Origin: Gammaproteobacteria bacterium
GTDB lineage: Bacteria > Pseudomonadota > Gammaproteobacteria > Ga0077536
NCBI GenBank assembly: GCA_963662545.2
Contig: CAXXLL010000003.1
Coordinates: forward strand, 704,001 to 768,000
Reading direction: 5' to 3'
Length of the DNA: 64,000 nucleotides
The translations under genes and the position numbers were made by a program. Below are positions 48,099 to 56,406 of this stretch, piece by piece. The notes beneath the pieces were generated by a model. The model did no database searches. It had not been told where the DNA came from and saw only the letters and a program-made list of their open reading frames with translations. Numbering within the stretch: position 1 is the stretch's first letter; each line of letters opens with the position of its first letter.

Positions 48099-50023
48099 TC
48101 ACTCTCGAGGAAAAGATCGCCGTTGGTAAACACGCGTAAGATCCATCCGGCATCGATGATACTGGTGAGGTAATCGCCTCGAATGAGGCTCGGACCGGTT
48201 AACTTTTTACCGGGTTTGAGATCACGGTCATTGATCAGGGGTAATTCCAGCACGCGCTTGCCATCCAGGTTGATTTTAGTCTTAGCGCGCGCACGCATGG
48301 CCGTGTATTTCTTCTCCTTGTTCGCTTTCAAGCTCAAAGTCGGCAGTTCAAAGACGGCTCTCACCGTCAGCCTGGGATCCGATAATTTTTTGTTCACTTT
48401 GATTTTCTTGCCGGAGAACGGCTTGTCGACCACGATATCGTCCTTCGCACCCCACACGGATTTTTTATAGGTGCACGCGCTGGGATCGACACCCTCGCCG
48501 TACATGTCACGACGTAGACGGGATTCGAGCTCGGCGCCCAGCGCGCCGATGTCCTGTGAGGCGCCGTCGAGAGGCGCCTGGTATTCGTGGGCAAGGTGAC
48601 TGAAGCCGATGCCGAACGCGCTGAATACCGATGCGAGGCGCGGCACGATCACCTGCTTCATGCCGGCCGCGGCGGCGATGCCGCATGCGATCATCGGGCC
48701 GCCGCCGCCATAGGCCAGCAGGGCCGTCTCGCCCGGATCACAGCCGGCATTGTCGATGGCATTGGTGACTTCTTTGCCGACCAATTTCTGGAATTCGGTG
48801 ATGATGGTCGCAGCCGCCTCGGCTGCATTCTGTCCCAGGGCATCCCCGACATTCTTGACGACCGCCTGCTCGGCGCGCTCGCGATCGAGCGCGATTTCGC
48901 CGCCCAGGTATTTATCCGGATGGAGTACACCCGCTACGAGCAGTGCGTCGGTCAAGGTCGTTTCCGTACCGCCACGTCCATAACACGCAGGGCCCGGCGA
49001 TGCACCGACGCTTTCGGGTCCGATTCTGACCGTGCCGTTTTCGACACGAACGACCGAGCTGCCGCCCAGTCCGAAGCTGCGAATCGTCGGCAACGGAAAT
49101 GAGGTCGGGATGTTTTCGATCGCACCGTAGGCCAGCAGCGTCACCGCTTGACCTTTCACCATCGAGACGTCGGTCGTAGTCCCGCCCACATCCATCGCCA
49201 CGACGGCATCCAGACCATAATGTCTGGCGTAGGCGACCGCGCCCTCGAGCCCACCGCGCGGCCCCGAACCCCAGGTCTTGATGGCAGTCGTCTTGGCGAC
49301 CCGGGCCGAATCGCCGTCATTGCGGAAGATCAGCAGGGGTCTTTTCAAATGCTGCTCTTTACAGATGTTCTCGGCGCCATACAGAAAGTGCTCCATGCCG
49401 GGGTGCAGGTAGGAGTTGACCACCGCTGTGATCGTGCGGCGCGCAAGATCGGAATCCTGCGCAAGTTCGGATGATATGAGGAACGGGATCGCGCCCAACA
49501 GGTGGCGCGGATACCGATCGAGGAGAAGATCCTTGACGTTCTGCTCCGCTACCTCGGAACTCAAGGCGACGACCAGTCTCAAGGCGCCCTGCGCCAGCAT
49601 CCTGTTGACAGTCGCGATCAATTCGCCGGCTTCGATCTCGCCGTTGCTCGAAAAGCGAAGACCCACCGGTTTCTGCGGCACCATTGCGCGCCATAAGGCA
49701 CTGTCACCGAGTCTCGAAATGGCACCGTAGACGCTGTCTTCTTCGCCCGCATCGACCAGCACGGCTACCGCTGTGCCCTTGTGTTCGACCACCGCATTGG
49801 TACCGGAGGTCGTCGAGTAGCGCAGACAATCGGCTTCGCGAATCAGGCGCGCGGCATCGTCTTCACCGTAAAACTCTTTCGATCCCCGCTTCAGGATCTC
49901 CAGAAAACATTGGGTCAGGTCGTGCGGCGTCGTGGCTGTCTTGGCATGCACGACCTTGCCGCCGTCGCTGATGCACACATCGGTGAACGTGCCGCCGTTA
50001 TCGATATTGACCAGGATGCCCAT
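48095..50023 (-). CDS. Hydantoinase A / acetophenone carboxylase alpha-like ATP-binding subunit
   Basis: DNGGTFTD, YSTTSGTN, SGPRGG, DVGGTTTD, GPESVGASPGPACYG. Confidence 0.9.
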   Translation of the reverse strand: MGILVNIDNGGTFTDVCISDGGKVVHAKTATTPHDLTQCFLEILKRGSKEFYGEDDAARLIREADCLRYSTTSGTNAVVEHKGTAVAVLVDAGEEDSVYGAISRLGDSALWRAMVPQKPVGLRFSSNGEIEAGELIATVNRMLAQGALRLVVALSSEVAEQNVKDLLLDRYPRHLLGAIPFLISSELAQDSDLARRTITAVVNSYLHPGMEHFLYGAENICKEQHLKRPLLIFRNDGDSARVAKTTAIKTWGSGPRGGLEGAVAYARHYGLDAVVAMDVGGTTTDVSMVKGQAVTLLAYGAIENIPTSFPLPTIRSFGLGGSSVVRVENGTVRIGPESVGASPGPACYGRGGTETTLTDALLVAGVLHPDKYLGGEIALDRERAEQAVVKNVGDALGQNAAEAAATIITEFQKLVGKEVTNAIDNAGCDPGETALLAYGGGGPMIACGIAAAAGMKQVIVPRLASVFSAFGIGFSHLAHEYQAPLDGASQDIGALGAELESRLRRDMYGEGVDPSACTYKKSVWGAKDDIVVDKPFSGKKIKVNKKLSDPRLTVRAVFELPTLSLKANKEKKYTAMRARAKTKINLDGKRVLELPLINDRDLKPGKKLTGPSLIRGDYLTSIIDAGWILRVFTNGDLFLESE

Positions 50024-50137
50024 CGCTAATCCGACCCTCCTCGAGACGATGCCATGAATTCGGCGCGGCAGGCGCCGGCCCTAATTATGTAGTGTCCGCA
50101 CGAACAGGTGTCGCGAATTGACTGACGGCAGGCAAGT

Positions 50138-50168
50138 AACGGTACTAATTAGACAAAATATTACCGTT
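50138..50168. promoter_or_regulatory. Possible operator upstream of the apc-like operon
   Basis: aacggta-N17(AT-rich)-taccgtt inverted repeat in the divergent intergenic region. Confidence 0.4.
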
Positions 50169-50310
50169 CGTGCAAGCGCGTGAGCGGGCGGAAACGAAGC
50201 GCGAAGATAAGCGTTTTTTGCAGTCCCGTCACCGACTGTTAAAGATTCTTCACCACCTGGCTCGACATAATCCTCGCGGCAGTAGCGCTGTACAACTCCT
50301 AGATAAAGTT

Positions 50311-50340
50311 AAGCTCGGTCAAATCCGGCACCCTTCGCCC
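50311..50340 (+). repeat. Direct repeat copy A flanking SSS transporter gene
   Basis: aagctcggtcaaatccggcacccttcgccc; 26/30 identical to 52032-52061. Confidence 0.65.
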
Positions 50341-50361
50341 AGGGGTTTGGAGAACTCGCGA

Positions 50362-51918
50362 ATGATATTCGATGTTTTAATCATCGTTTCGTATTTCGTC
50401 ATCATCATGGTCGTCGGCATCGTGTCGGCGCGACGTCAGACTGAATACACCGCCGAGGAGTACTTTCTCTCCTCGCGATCACTGAGATGGCCGTCCATTG
50501 CCATCTCCACCATCGCCACGAACATCCATGCCGGGCACTTCCTCGGCATGGCGGGCTCAGCCTACCTGTTCGGTCTAGCGCAGGCCAACCTCGAAATCAA
50601 CGCGATCGTCGGCATTCTCCTGGCGACATTCATCTTCGTGCCTTTCTACTTGGGCGCCCGCGTGACGACGATCAGCGAGTTCTTTGCATCACGATTCGGT
50701 CCCAAGGTGGGGCTCATCTATGCCGTGTTGATGATGGTGTTATATGGATTCATGTACCTGGGCTCCGCTCTCTTCTGGGGTGCGTGGGCCATCGATGGAG
50801 TCTTCGGCGACCTCGTCTCTTTCCTGGGCGACAGCGCACCCGTACGTCTGGCGTGGATGGTTGTGATCCTCGGCGTTTTCTCTTCCACCTATACCTACCT
50901 GGGCGGACTCACCGCCGTCGTGCGCACTGACGTGGTGCAGTTCGTCCTGCTGGTTGTGGGTGGCCTGATCATGTTGGGTCTGGCAATCCACGAACTCGGT
51001 GGCTGGTCCGAACTTTACATTCAGACGCCCGACAAGATGCACCTGCACCTACCTGCCGATCACGAAACGCTACCTTGGATAGCGCTCATCGGCATGAATT
51101 TGCTCAACCTCAACTATTGGGGCGCCAACCAGATCATTTTGCAACGCGTCCTCGCGGCCAAGAGCCTGGCGCATGCTCAGATCGGCCTCTTGGTGGGAGG
51201 GGTCCTCAAATACGTCATGGTTCTCATCATCATCGTGCCAGCCATCGCGCTGGTCGGCATCACTGCGGCCAATCCGCTCACAGACCCGGATCAAGCTTAT
51301 GTAACCATGGTTAATACGCTGCTCCCCAGCGGCTTGCGTGGCTTCATCCTATGTGGCCTGTTCGCCTCGCTGATGAGCACCGTGGATTCCATCTTCAACT
51401 CCGTATCCACCCTGTGGTCGGTGGATATCTATAAGCGCTACATCAAAACCGACGCCAGCGATACGGAGATGGTAAGAGCCGGGAAGTGGGCCATCGTCGG
51501 CACGCTCCTGACCGGTTTGAGTTTTGCTTTCATTCAGATCTACGTCAAGTTTGATAATCCTGAATTCCCATTGACGCATTGGTTCAACGAGCTCAGCTAC
51601 TACGTGAAGAATGGCTTCGTGCTCCTCATAGTCGCCGCCATCTTCTTGCTGCGACCTTCGCCCCGTCTCGTGCTGACCATGCTGGTGACCAGCATTCCTC
51701 TCACGGTGGCATTCAAGCTTGGCTTTCCCGACATGAATTACTTCGTCCGCTCCATGTGGATCATCTTGGGCCTTGTCCTCGGCACGGCAATTCCCACGTG
51801 GTTCAAGAATGGCTGGCGTCTCGACGTGAAGCTGGTAGTAGCTTCGAGTCCCGCTGTTGCGCGATTTGGTGTCGCGTTAGCTGCCTCCCTGATCGCTTGT
51901 CACATCATCTTCCACTGA
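50362..51918 (+). CDS. Sodium:solute symporter (SLC5/SSS family)
   Basis: EYFLSSR, ATNI, GGLTAVVRTDVVQ, QIILQRVLAAKS, ASLMSTVDSIFNS; ATG 50362 with GGAG RBS. Confidence 0.92.
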   Translation: MIFDVLIIVSYFVIIMVVGIVSARRQTEYTAEEYFLSSRSLRWPSIAISTIATNIHAGHFLGMAGSAYLFGLAQANLEINAIVGILLATFIFVPFYLGARVTTISEFFASRFGPKVGLIYAVLMMVLYGFMYLGSALFWGAWAIDGVFGDLVSFLGDSAPVRLAWMVVILGVFSSTYTYLGGLTAVVRTDVVQFVLLVVGGLIMLGLAIHELGGWSELYIQTPDKMHLHLPADHETLPWIALIGMNLLNLNYWGANQIILQRVLAAKSLAHAQIGLLVGGVLKYVMVLIIIVPAIALVGITAANPLTDPDQAYVTMVNTLLPSGLRGFILCGLFASLMSTVDSIFNSVSTLWSVDIYKRYIKTDASDTEMVRAGKWAIVGTLLTGLSFAFIQIYVKFDNPEFPLTHWFNELSYYVKNGFVLLIVAAIFLLRPSPRLVLTMLVTSIPLTVAFKLGFPDMNYFVRSMWIILGLVLGTAIPTWFKNGWRLDVKLVVASSPAVARFGVALAASLIACHIIFH

Positions 51919-52031
51919 GATTTCTCAGCAGTCGCACTTCTCACTGAGCGTACTCGGCGTAGGACCTTCGTGTGACATTGGGCGGGTGCCAAGAGGGCTT
52001 CCTCCGACACCCCAACCTCAATACAAACGTC

Positions 52032-52061
52032 AAGCTCGGTCAACTCCGACACGCTTCACCC
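52032..52061 (+). repeat. Direct repeat copy B flanking SSS transporter gene
   Basis: aagctcggtcaactccgacacgcttcaccc. Confidence 0.65.
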
Positions 52062-52105
52062 GTGACCCTGGAAAATCGTTAAAAACCAGTGGCGATACGC
52101 GTAAA

Positions 52106-52125
52106 TACTGTATATAATACCAGTA
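52106..52125 (+). promoter_or_regulatory. LexA (SOS) box overlapping a TATAAT -10 element
   Basis: taCTGtatataatacCAGta is CTG-N10-CAG with an AT-rich spacer; TATAAT at 52113-52118; 23 bp before the ATG at 52149. Confidence 0.82.
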
Positions 52126-52148
52126 GTCCTGCTGGAGCGAAATACGCC

Positions 52149-53555
52149 ATGGAAGACCTCGCTATCACGCCTTGCCATACCCCGCCCGAGCTCCATCCCG
52201 AGCGGTTTCTCAACGACGCCCTGGAGGATTCGATCACCGCCCTCGCCGCCAACATCGCTGCCGCCACCTGGCAATTGCTCACGTTGATCGCGGAGTTCGA
52301 TCGCCGCGAAGTCTGGGGCAATCACGGCCTCAACTCTTGCGCGCACTGGCTCAACTGGCAATGCGGGATCGCACTCGGTGCGGCGCGTGAAAAGGTGCGC
52401 GTCGCGCGGGCACTGGAACACCTACCCCTTATCAGCGCCGCATTTGCAGCAGGCGTTGTGAGCTATTCCAAAGTGCGGGCCATGACCCGTGTAGCAACAC
52501 CCGAGAACGAGGACACCCTCTTGATGATCGCGCGCCACGGCACCGCGATGCATGTCGAGCAGACGGTCCGCGCCTACCGGCAGGTGCAGCGAATCGAAGA
52601 AACCGAGAAGGCGAACGGTGCACACAGGGCGCGCAGCCTGGACTGGTATTACGACGATGACGGTATGCTGGTCATTCAAGCGCGCTTGCCGGCCGAGACC
52701 GGCGCAATGCTGCTTAAGGCCCTGGCCGCGGCGGCGGACGATCTCGCGGCCGATGACGTGCCCACCGGGCAGATCAAAGAAACTGCCGTCGATGCCGACG
52801 TTCCCGCGGGAACGTCGGCACGCGCAGCGCATCCGGCGGCTGTACGGCGTGCCGATGCACTGTGTCTTCTGGGCGAGCAGTTCCTGGCGCATGGCGCGGT
52901 GACATCGAGGCAAACCGACCGCCATCAAATCGTCGTACACGTCGATCGGGACACCTTACGTGCCGCTGACCGCACGGCACGCTGCGAAATCGAGCATGGC
53001 CCGGCCCTGGCTGCGGAGACCGCCCGGCGGCTCGCCTGCGACGCCGGGATCGTCCAGATCGAAGAGGACGCCGACGGCCAACCGCTCGCCATCGGCCGCA
53101 AGACTCGCGCCGTGCCTTCCGCAATCCGCCGGGCACTCGAAGCGCGCGACCGCGGCTGCCGGTTTCCCGGTTGTACTCGCCACCGCACCGTCGATTCGCA
53201 CCATATCCGGCACTGGGCGGACGGCGGCGAGACCAGCGTTCAGAACCTTGTACTGCTGTGCCGACATCATCACCAACTGGTGCATGAAGGCGGCTTTTCA
53301 CTCGAACGGCGCGACGACGGCAAGCTTTTATTCCTGCGTCCCGATGGCTTGCCGCTCCCCGAGGTGCCGGCGCCAACGCCTGCGACCGAAGACCTTGCCG
53401 AATGGGTGCGGGCGAGCGGTCTTCACGTCTCCGCGGAGACGTGTGTACCAAACTGGCGTGGCGAGCGATTGGATCTTGATCATGCGGTGCTGGGCTTGTT
53501 GCAAAGTGACGGGCGGATGAATAACACGCGCATGCGCTTGAGCTCTGGATCGTAA
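52149..53555 (+). CDS. DUF222 (13E12-like) domain HNH endonuclease
   Basis: CAHWLNWQCG, AREKVRVARAL, SYSKVRA, RRADAL, ARRLACD, RDRGCRFPGC, HHIRHWADGGETSVQNLVLLCRHHH. Confidence 0.9.
   Translation: MEDLAITPCHTPPELHPERFLNDALEDSITALAANIAAATWQLLTLIAEFDRREVWGNHGLNSCAHWLNWQCGIALGAAREKVRVARALEHLPLISAAFAAGVVSYSKVRAMTRVATPENEDTLLMIARHGTAMHVEQTVRAYRQVQRIEETEKANGAHRARSLDWYYDDDGMLVIQARLPAETGAMLLKALAAAADDLAADDVPTGQIKETAVDADVPAGTSARAAHPAAVRRADALCLLGEQFLAHGAVTSRQTDRHQIVVHVDRDTLRAADRTARCEIEHGPALAAETARRLACDAGIVQIEEDADGQPLAIGRKTRAVPSAIRRALEARDRGCRFPGCTRHRTVDSHHIRHWADGGETSVQNLVLLCRHHHQLVHEGGFSLERRDDGKLLFLRPDGLPLPEVPAPTPATEDLAEWVRASGLHVSAETCVPNWRGERLDLDHAVLGLLQSDGRMNNTRMRLSSGS
52793..52820. repeat. Perfect 28-bp palindrome inside DUF222-HNH gene
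   Basis: tgccgacgttcccg|cgggaacgtcggca. Confidence 0.9.
53424..53443. repeat. Perfect 20-bp palindrome inside DUF222-HNH gene
   Basis: cacgtctccg|cggagacgtg. Confidence 0.9.
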
Positions 53556-53705
53556 TCATCCTTTTCGTTAAATTTTATCGCTCCGAAATATGCTCCGGCA
53601 TTTTTTGTGAGCATGGAACGCCGCGCTCTCAAGAGTGATCCGCTAACTCACGAGTAGCACTTCCCGGACGCGATAGGCTTGTGCGTTGGTAACCTATCGA
53701 AATAT

Positions 53706-53781
53706 TGGGGCCGGCTGTCCGACTCGAACGGACGACCTGATGCTTACAAAGCAACTGCTCTACCAACTGAGCTAAGCCGGC
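53706..53781 (-). tRNA. tRNA-Thr(UGU)
   Basis: GCCGGCT acceptor stem, GCTC/GAGC D arm, TGT anticodon, TTCGAGT T loop, encoded CCA; 76 nt. Confidence 0.95.
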
Positions 53782-53862
53782 GTCGTTGTTTAGTGATCTC
53801 CTACGGATATCGAGCCCGCGCACGATTAGGGGCCAGATTCTGCCATCCCGATCGCCTTCATG

Positions 53863-54621
53863 CTAATTCGTTGCAGTCGGATCATCGGCGGCGATGTCTG
53901 AATCACTTTCTGCACTCACCTGCACGAGCTCAACGCATTCAATTTCTGCAAGCCCGGCCGCGCTCAGCAACTCGTCAGGTATCTCGGGCAGGGTTTCGGA
54001 GTCGGCTGCAAGCTGGGCAGTGACCCAGTATCGATCGGTCGTTTCGTAGCGGGGGACGACCACCGGTTGATAGCCCTGTTCGTTGAGTTCAGCGAGGCGT
54101 CGGTTGACCGAATCCTGGGAACTGAACAGACCGAGTGAAATAGCGTTCTTGAGGCCGCCGCGCCGTATCATCATGTAATCCTGCACGCCGCGGCGGCGCA
54201 GGTCGGCCATGCGCTGCTCCGCCTCTACATCCGACTTCGGTTCGAGGTAGATCCAAAAAAGCTGCCGTTTGCGGATGGTTTCGACGCGGAAATGGAGGGC
54301 CGCGACGAATTCCCCTACCCAATCCGTGAAACCCTCGCGCGCGAATTCGTTGCTGAATGGTCCGACTTCGATGCAGAGATCAGCCGCTTCGACGTCCGCC
54401 TTGACTTGCGATTCGCTAGTCACGGCCGGGGCCGGTTCCGTCCCCGGAACCTTGAGCTGCGCCAGCACATCCAATTCCGACAACAGTACGAGTTTCGGGG
54501 TTCCTGCAGGCATCGGCGGCCGCTCGATTAGTTCCCGTGTAGCTTCTTCGACGCGCAGGTTGTACTGCCAGGCAAACAAGACGACGTTCAACAACAGAAA
54601 GACGATGCCAAACAGCTTCAT
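53863..54621 (-). CDS. SPOR domain protein
   Basis: N-terminal TM LLLNVVLFAW, CIEVGPF, NAISLGLFS; usual position after coaX. Confidence 0.82.
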   Translation of the reverse strand: MKLFGIVFLLLNVVLFAWQYNLRVEEATRELIERPPMPAGTPKLVLLSELDVLAQLKVPGTEPAPAVTSESQVKADVEAADLCIEVGPFSNEFAREGFTDWVGEFVAALHFRVETIRKRQLFWIYLEPKSDVEAEQRMADLRRRGVQDYMMIRRGGLKNAISLGLFSSQDSVNRRLAELNEQGYQPVVVPRYETTDRYWVTAQLAADSETLPEIPDELLSAAGLAEIECVELVQVSAESDSDIAADDPTATN

Positions 54622-55361
54622 CGGCAGGTCTCGCCGAAAATTGCGAGCCCGCGCAAAACGAGGCTAGGCTCGTACACATGCTGCATCGGCAGCATCGCGC
54701 GTACCGCCCCGGCCCCGCCGCCCGTCAGATACCAGGTGAACGTCGTGCCGGACGCCAGTTGTTCGAGACGACTGGCGACTTCGACCAACAGCCCGCGCAC
54801 GGCGAAGTGGCATCCAAGCGAGATCGCGTCTGGTGTATTCGTCGCAAAGCCCCGCGCCGGTTCGACGCCGTCGCTGGCGAGCTGTGCGGTACCACGGGTC
54901 AGGCTACCGCTCATCAAATCCGCTCCCGGCGCGATCAGCCCGCCGCAGTGCACGCCTTCTTGGTCGACGACATCCACGGTCAGGGCGGTGCCGGCGTCCA
55001 CTACGCATACGGCAGCGCGGCACGCATGATAGGCCGCCAACGCCGCGAGCCACCGGTCAGCGCCGAGCTGCGCGGGATCGGTGTAGCGAGTCTGCAGGCC
55101 CGCAAACTCGAGGCGAGGATGAACGAATTCGGGTTCCACCTGCCAGCGTTCAAACGCCAGCCGTTCGAAGGCACCCGCGATGTCCGGGCCCGCGACATTG
55201 CTGACGAGAATTCGCCGGAGTGGCGCCGTCGATGCGATTTTCTCCTGCCACGCTTCGATCGGCGGCGCCGCCGTCGTCGCGACGGCTGGTAATTCGACCA
55301 GCCGGCCCTCCTCGGCATAGGCGGCTTTGATCCTGGAATTGCCAATGTCGATCAGCAACAA
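54618..55361 (-). CDS. coaX: Type III pantothenate kinase (start uncertain)
   Basis: IDIGNSRIK, LGADRW, VDAGTALTVD, GGLIAPG, LTGGG. Confidence 0.93.
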   Translation of the reverse strand: MLLIDIGNSRIKAAYAEEGRLVELPAVATTAAPPIEAWQEKIASTAPLRRILVSNVAGPDIAGAFERLAFERWQVEPEFVHPRLEFAGLQTRYTDPAQLGADRWLAALAAYHACRAAVCVVDAGTALTVDVVDQEGVHCGGLIAPGADLMSGSLTRGTAQLASDGVEPARGFATNTPDAISLGCHFAVRGLLVEVASRLEQLASGTTFTWYLTGGGAGAVRAMLPMQHVYEPSLVLRGLAIFGETCR

Positions 55362-55365
55362 GAGC

Positions 55366-56334
55366 TTAGCCCTGGCGCAGGTGACCGGACATGAATTTTT
55401 CACGGCGGCCGCTGTGCTCGATGATCAACGCGCCGTTCTCGTCGACGCCCCGTGCGATTCCCTCGACCACGCGTCCAGCCAGATCGAGGCGCACCGGTGC
55501 GTCCGCGAGGACGTCGAATTGCCGCCATTCGGGCCAAAACCCGGCGAAACCCTGGCGAGAAAACAGGGAGAGTTTGCAGCTTAGACTGTTCAAAAGAGTC
55601 GCTGCGATCGCGTTGCGCGAGATCGCATGTCCCGCTGCCGACTCCAGATCCGACGACGGTTGCTCGATACGCCCCCGCGTCTGTCGCGACAGGCGGATAT
55701 TGATGCCGAGACCGATCACCGTCGTGCAAGGTCCGCCGGACTCGGAACGCATTTCGATCAAGATGCCGCCCAGTTTGCAGCCATCGCGGACGATGTCATT
55801 CGGCCATTTCAGCATCGTCCGCGTTATGCCTTCGGCAGCCAGGCCGCTGACGATGGCGAGTCCGACGACGAGGCTTAAGGCCGAAAACGTCGTGGGCGGG
55901 GAATCGAAGCACCAACCGAGCGACATGCACAAGCCGCTGCCGGGCGGTGCGATCCATCGATCACCGTGCCGTCCCCGGCCCGCGGTCTGGTATTCCGCCA
56001 GCAGGACACGACCGTGGATGTCGTCGTTGGGAAGCGCCGCCAGCAGCCGTTCGTTGGTCGAATCGGTAACTGCAACGGCTTCGAGCGCGGTGATGCTGCT
56101 GCAGTTCAATTGCTGCAAGCGACGGTGGATTTCGGCGGTGTCCAAGGCCTCGAATCCGCCTTCGAGTACGTAGCCGCGACCGCGTGTAGCCCGCACCTCG
56201 ATGCCTTCTTTGCGCAGGCGGTCGATGTGATTCCAGACCGCTGCGCGCGAGACACCCAGCCGCCGCGCGAGATCCGCGCCCGAATGCTCGGCGCCGTCAT
56301 GCAGCAAGGCCAGCAGCTCTAGCGATTTGCGCAT
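55366..56334 (-). CDS. birA: Biotin-[acetyl-CoA carboxylase] ligase / repressor
   Basis: N-terminal HTH (SRAAVWNHI), DSTN, QTAGRGRHG, LKWPND, KLGGILIE. Confidence 0.95.
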   Translation of the reverse strand: MRKSLELLALLHDGAEHSGADLARRLGVSRAAVWNHIDRLRKEGIEVRATRGRGYVLEGGFEALDTAEIHRRLQQLNCSSITALEAVAVTDSTNERLLAALPNDDIHGRVLLAEYQTAGRGRHGDRWIAPPGSGLCMSLGWCFDSPPTTFSALSLVVGLAIVSGLAAEGITRTMLKWPNDIVRDGCKLGGILIEMRSESGGPCTTVIGLGINIRLSRQTRGRIEQPSSDLESAAGHAISRNAIAATLLNSLSCKLSLFSRQGFAGFWPEWRQFDVLADAPVRLDLAGRVVEGIARGVDENGALIIEHSGRREKFMSGHLRQG

Positions 56335-56406
56335 GATTCGAATGGCGGCACCGTCAATGCCATTTGCGGTTTCGGCGTGTCTGCCGAAGCATTTCCCGAT
56401 CCAGGA

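Noticed and set aside
50170-50361. N-terminal extension of the SSS transporter ORF
   Set aside because: Hydrophilic non-homologous sequence; ATG 50362 has a GGAG RBS and begins the first TM helix.
52793-52820. Calling the palindrome a chromosomal parS site
   Set aside because: The core differs from TGTTTCACGTGAAACA at several positions and no parAB or origin genes are nearby; reported only as parS-like.
52774-53559. 261-aa antisense ORF within the DUF222-HNH gene
   Set aside because: Arg/Pro-rich shadow translation with no recognisable domain.
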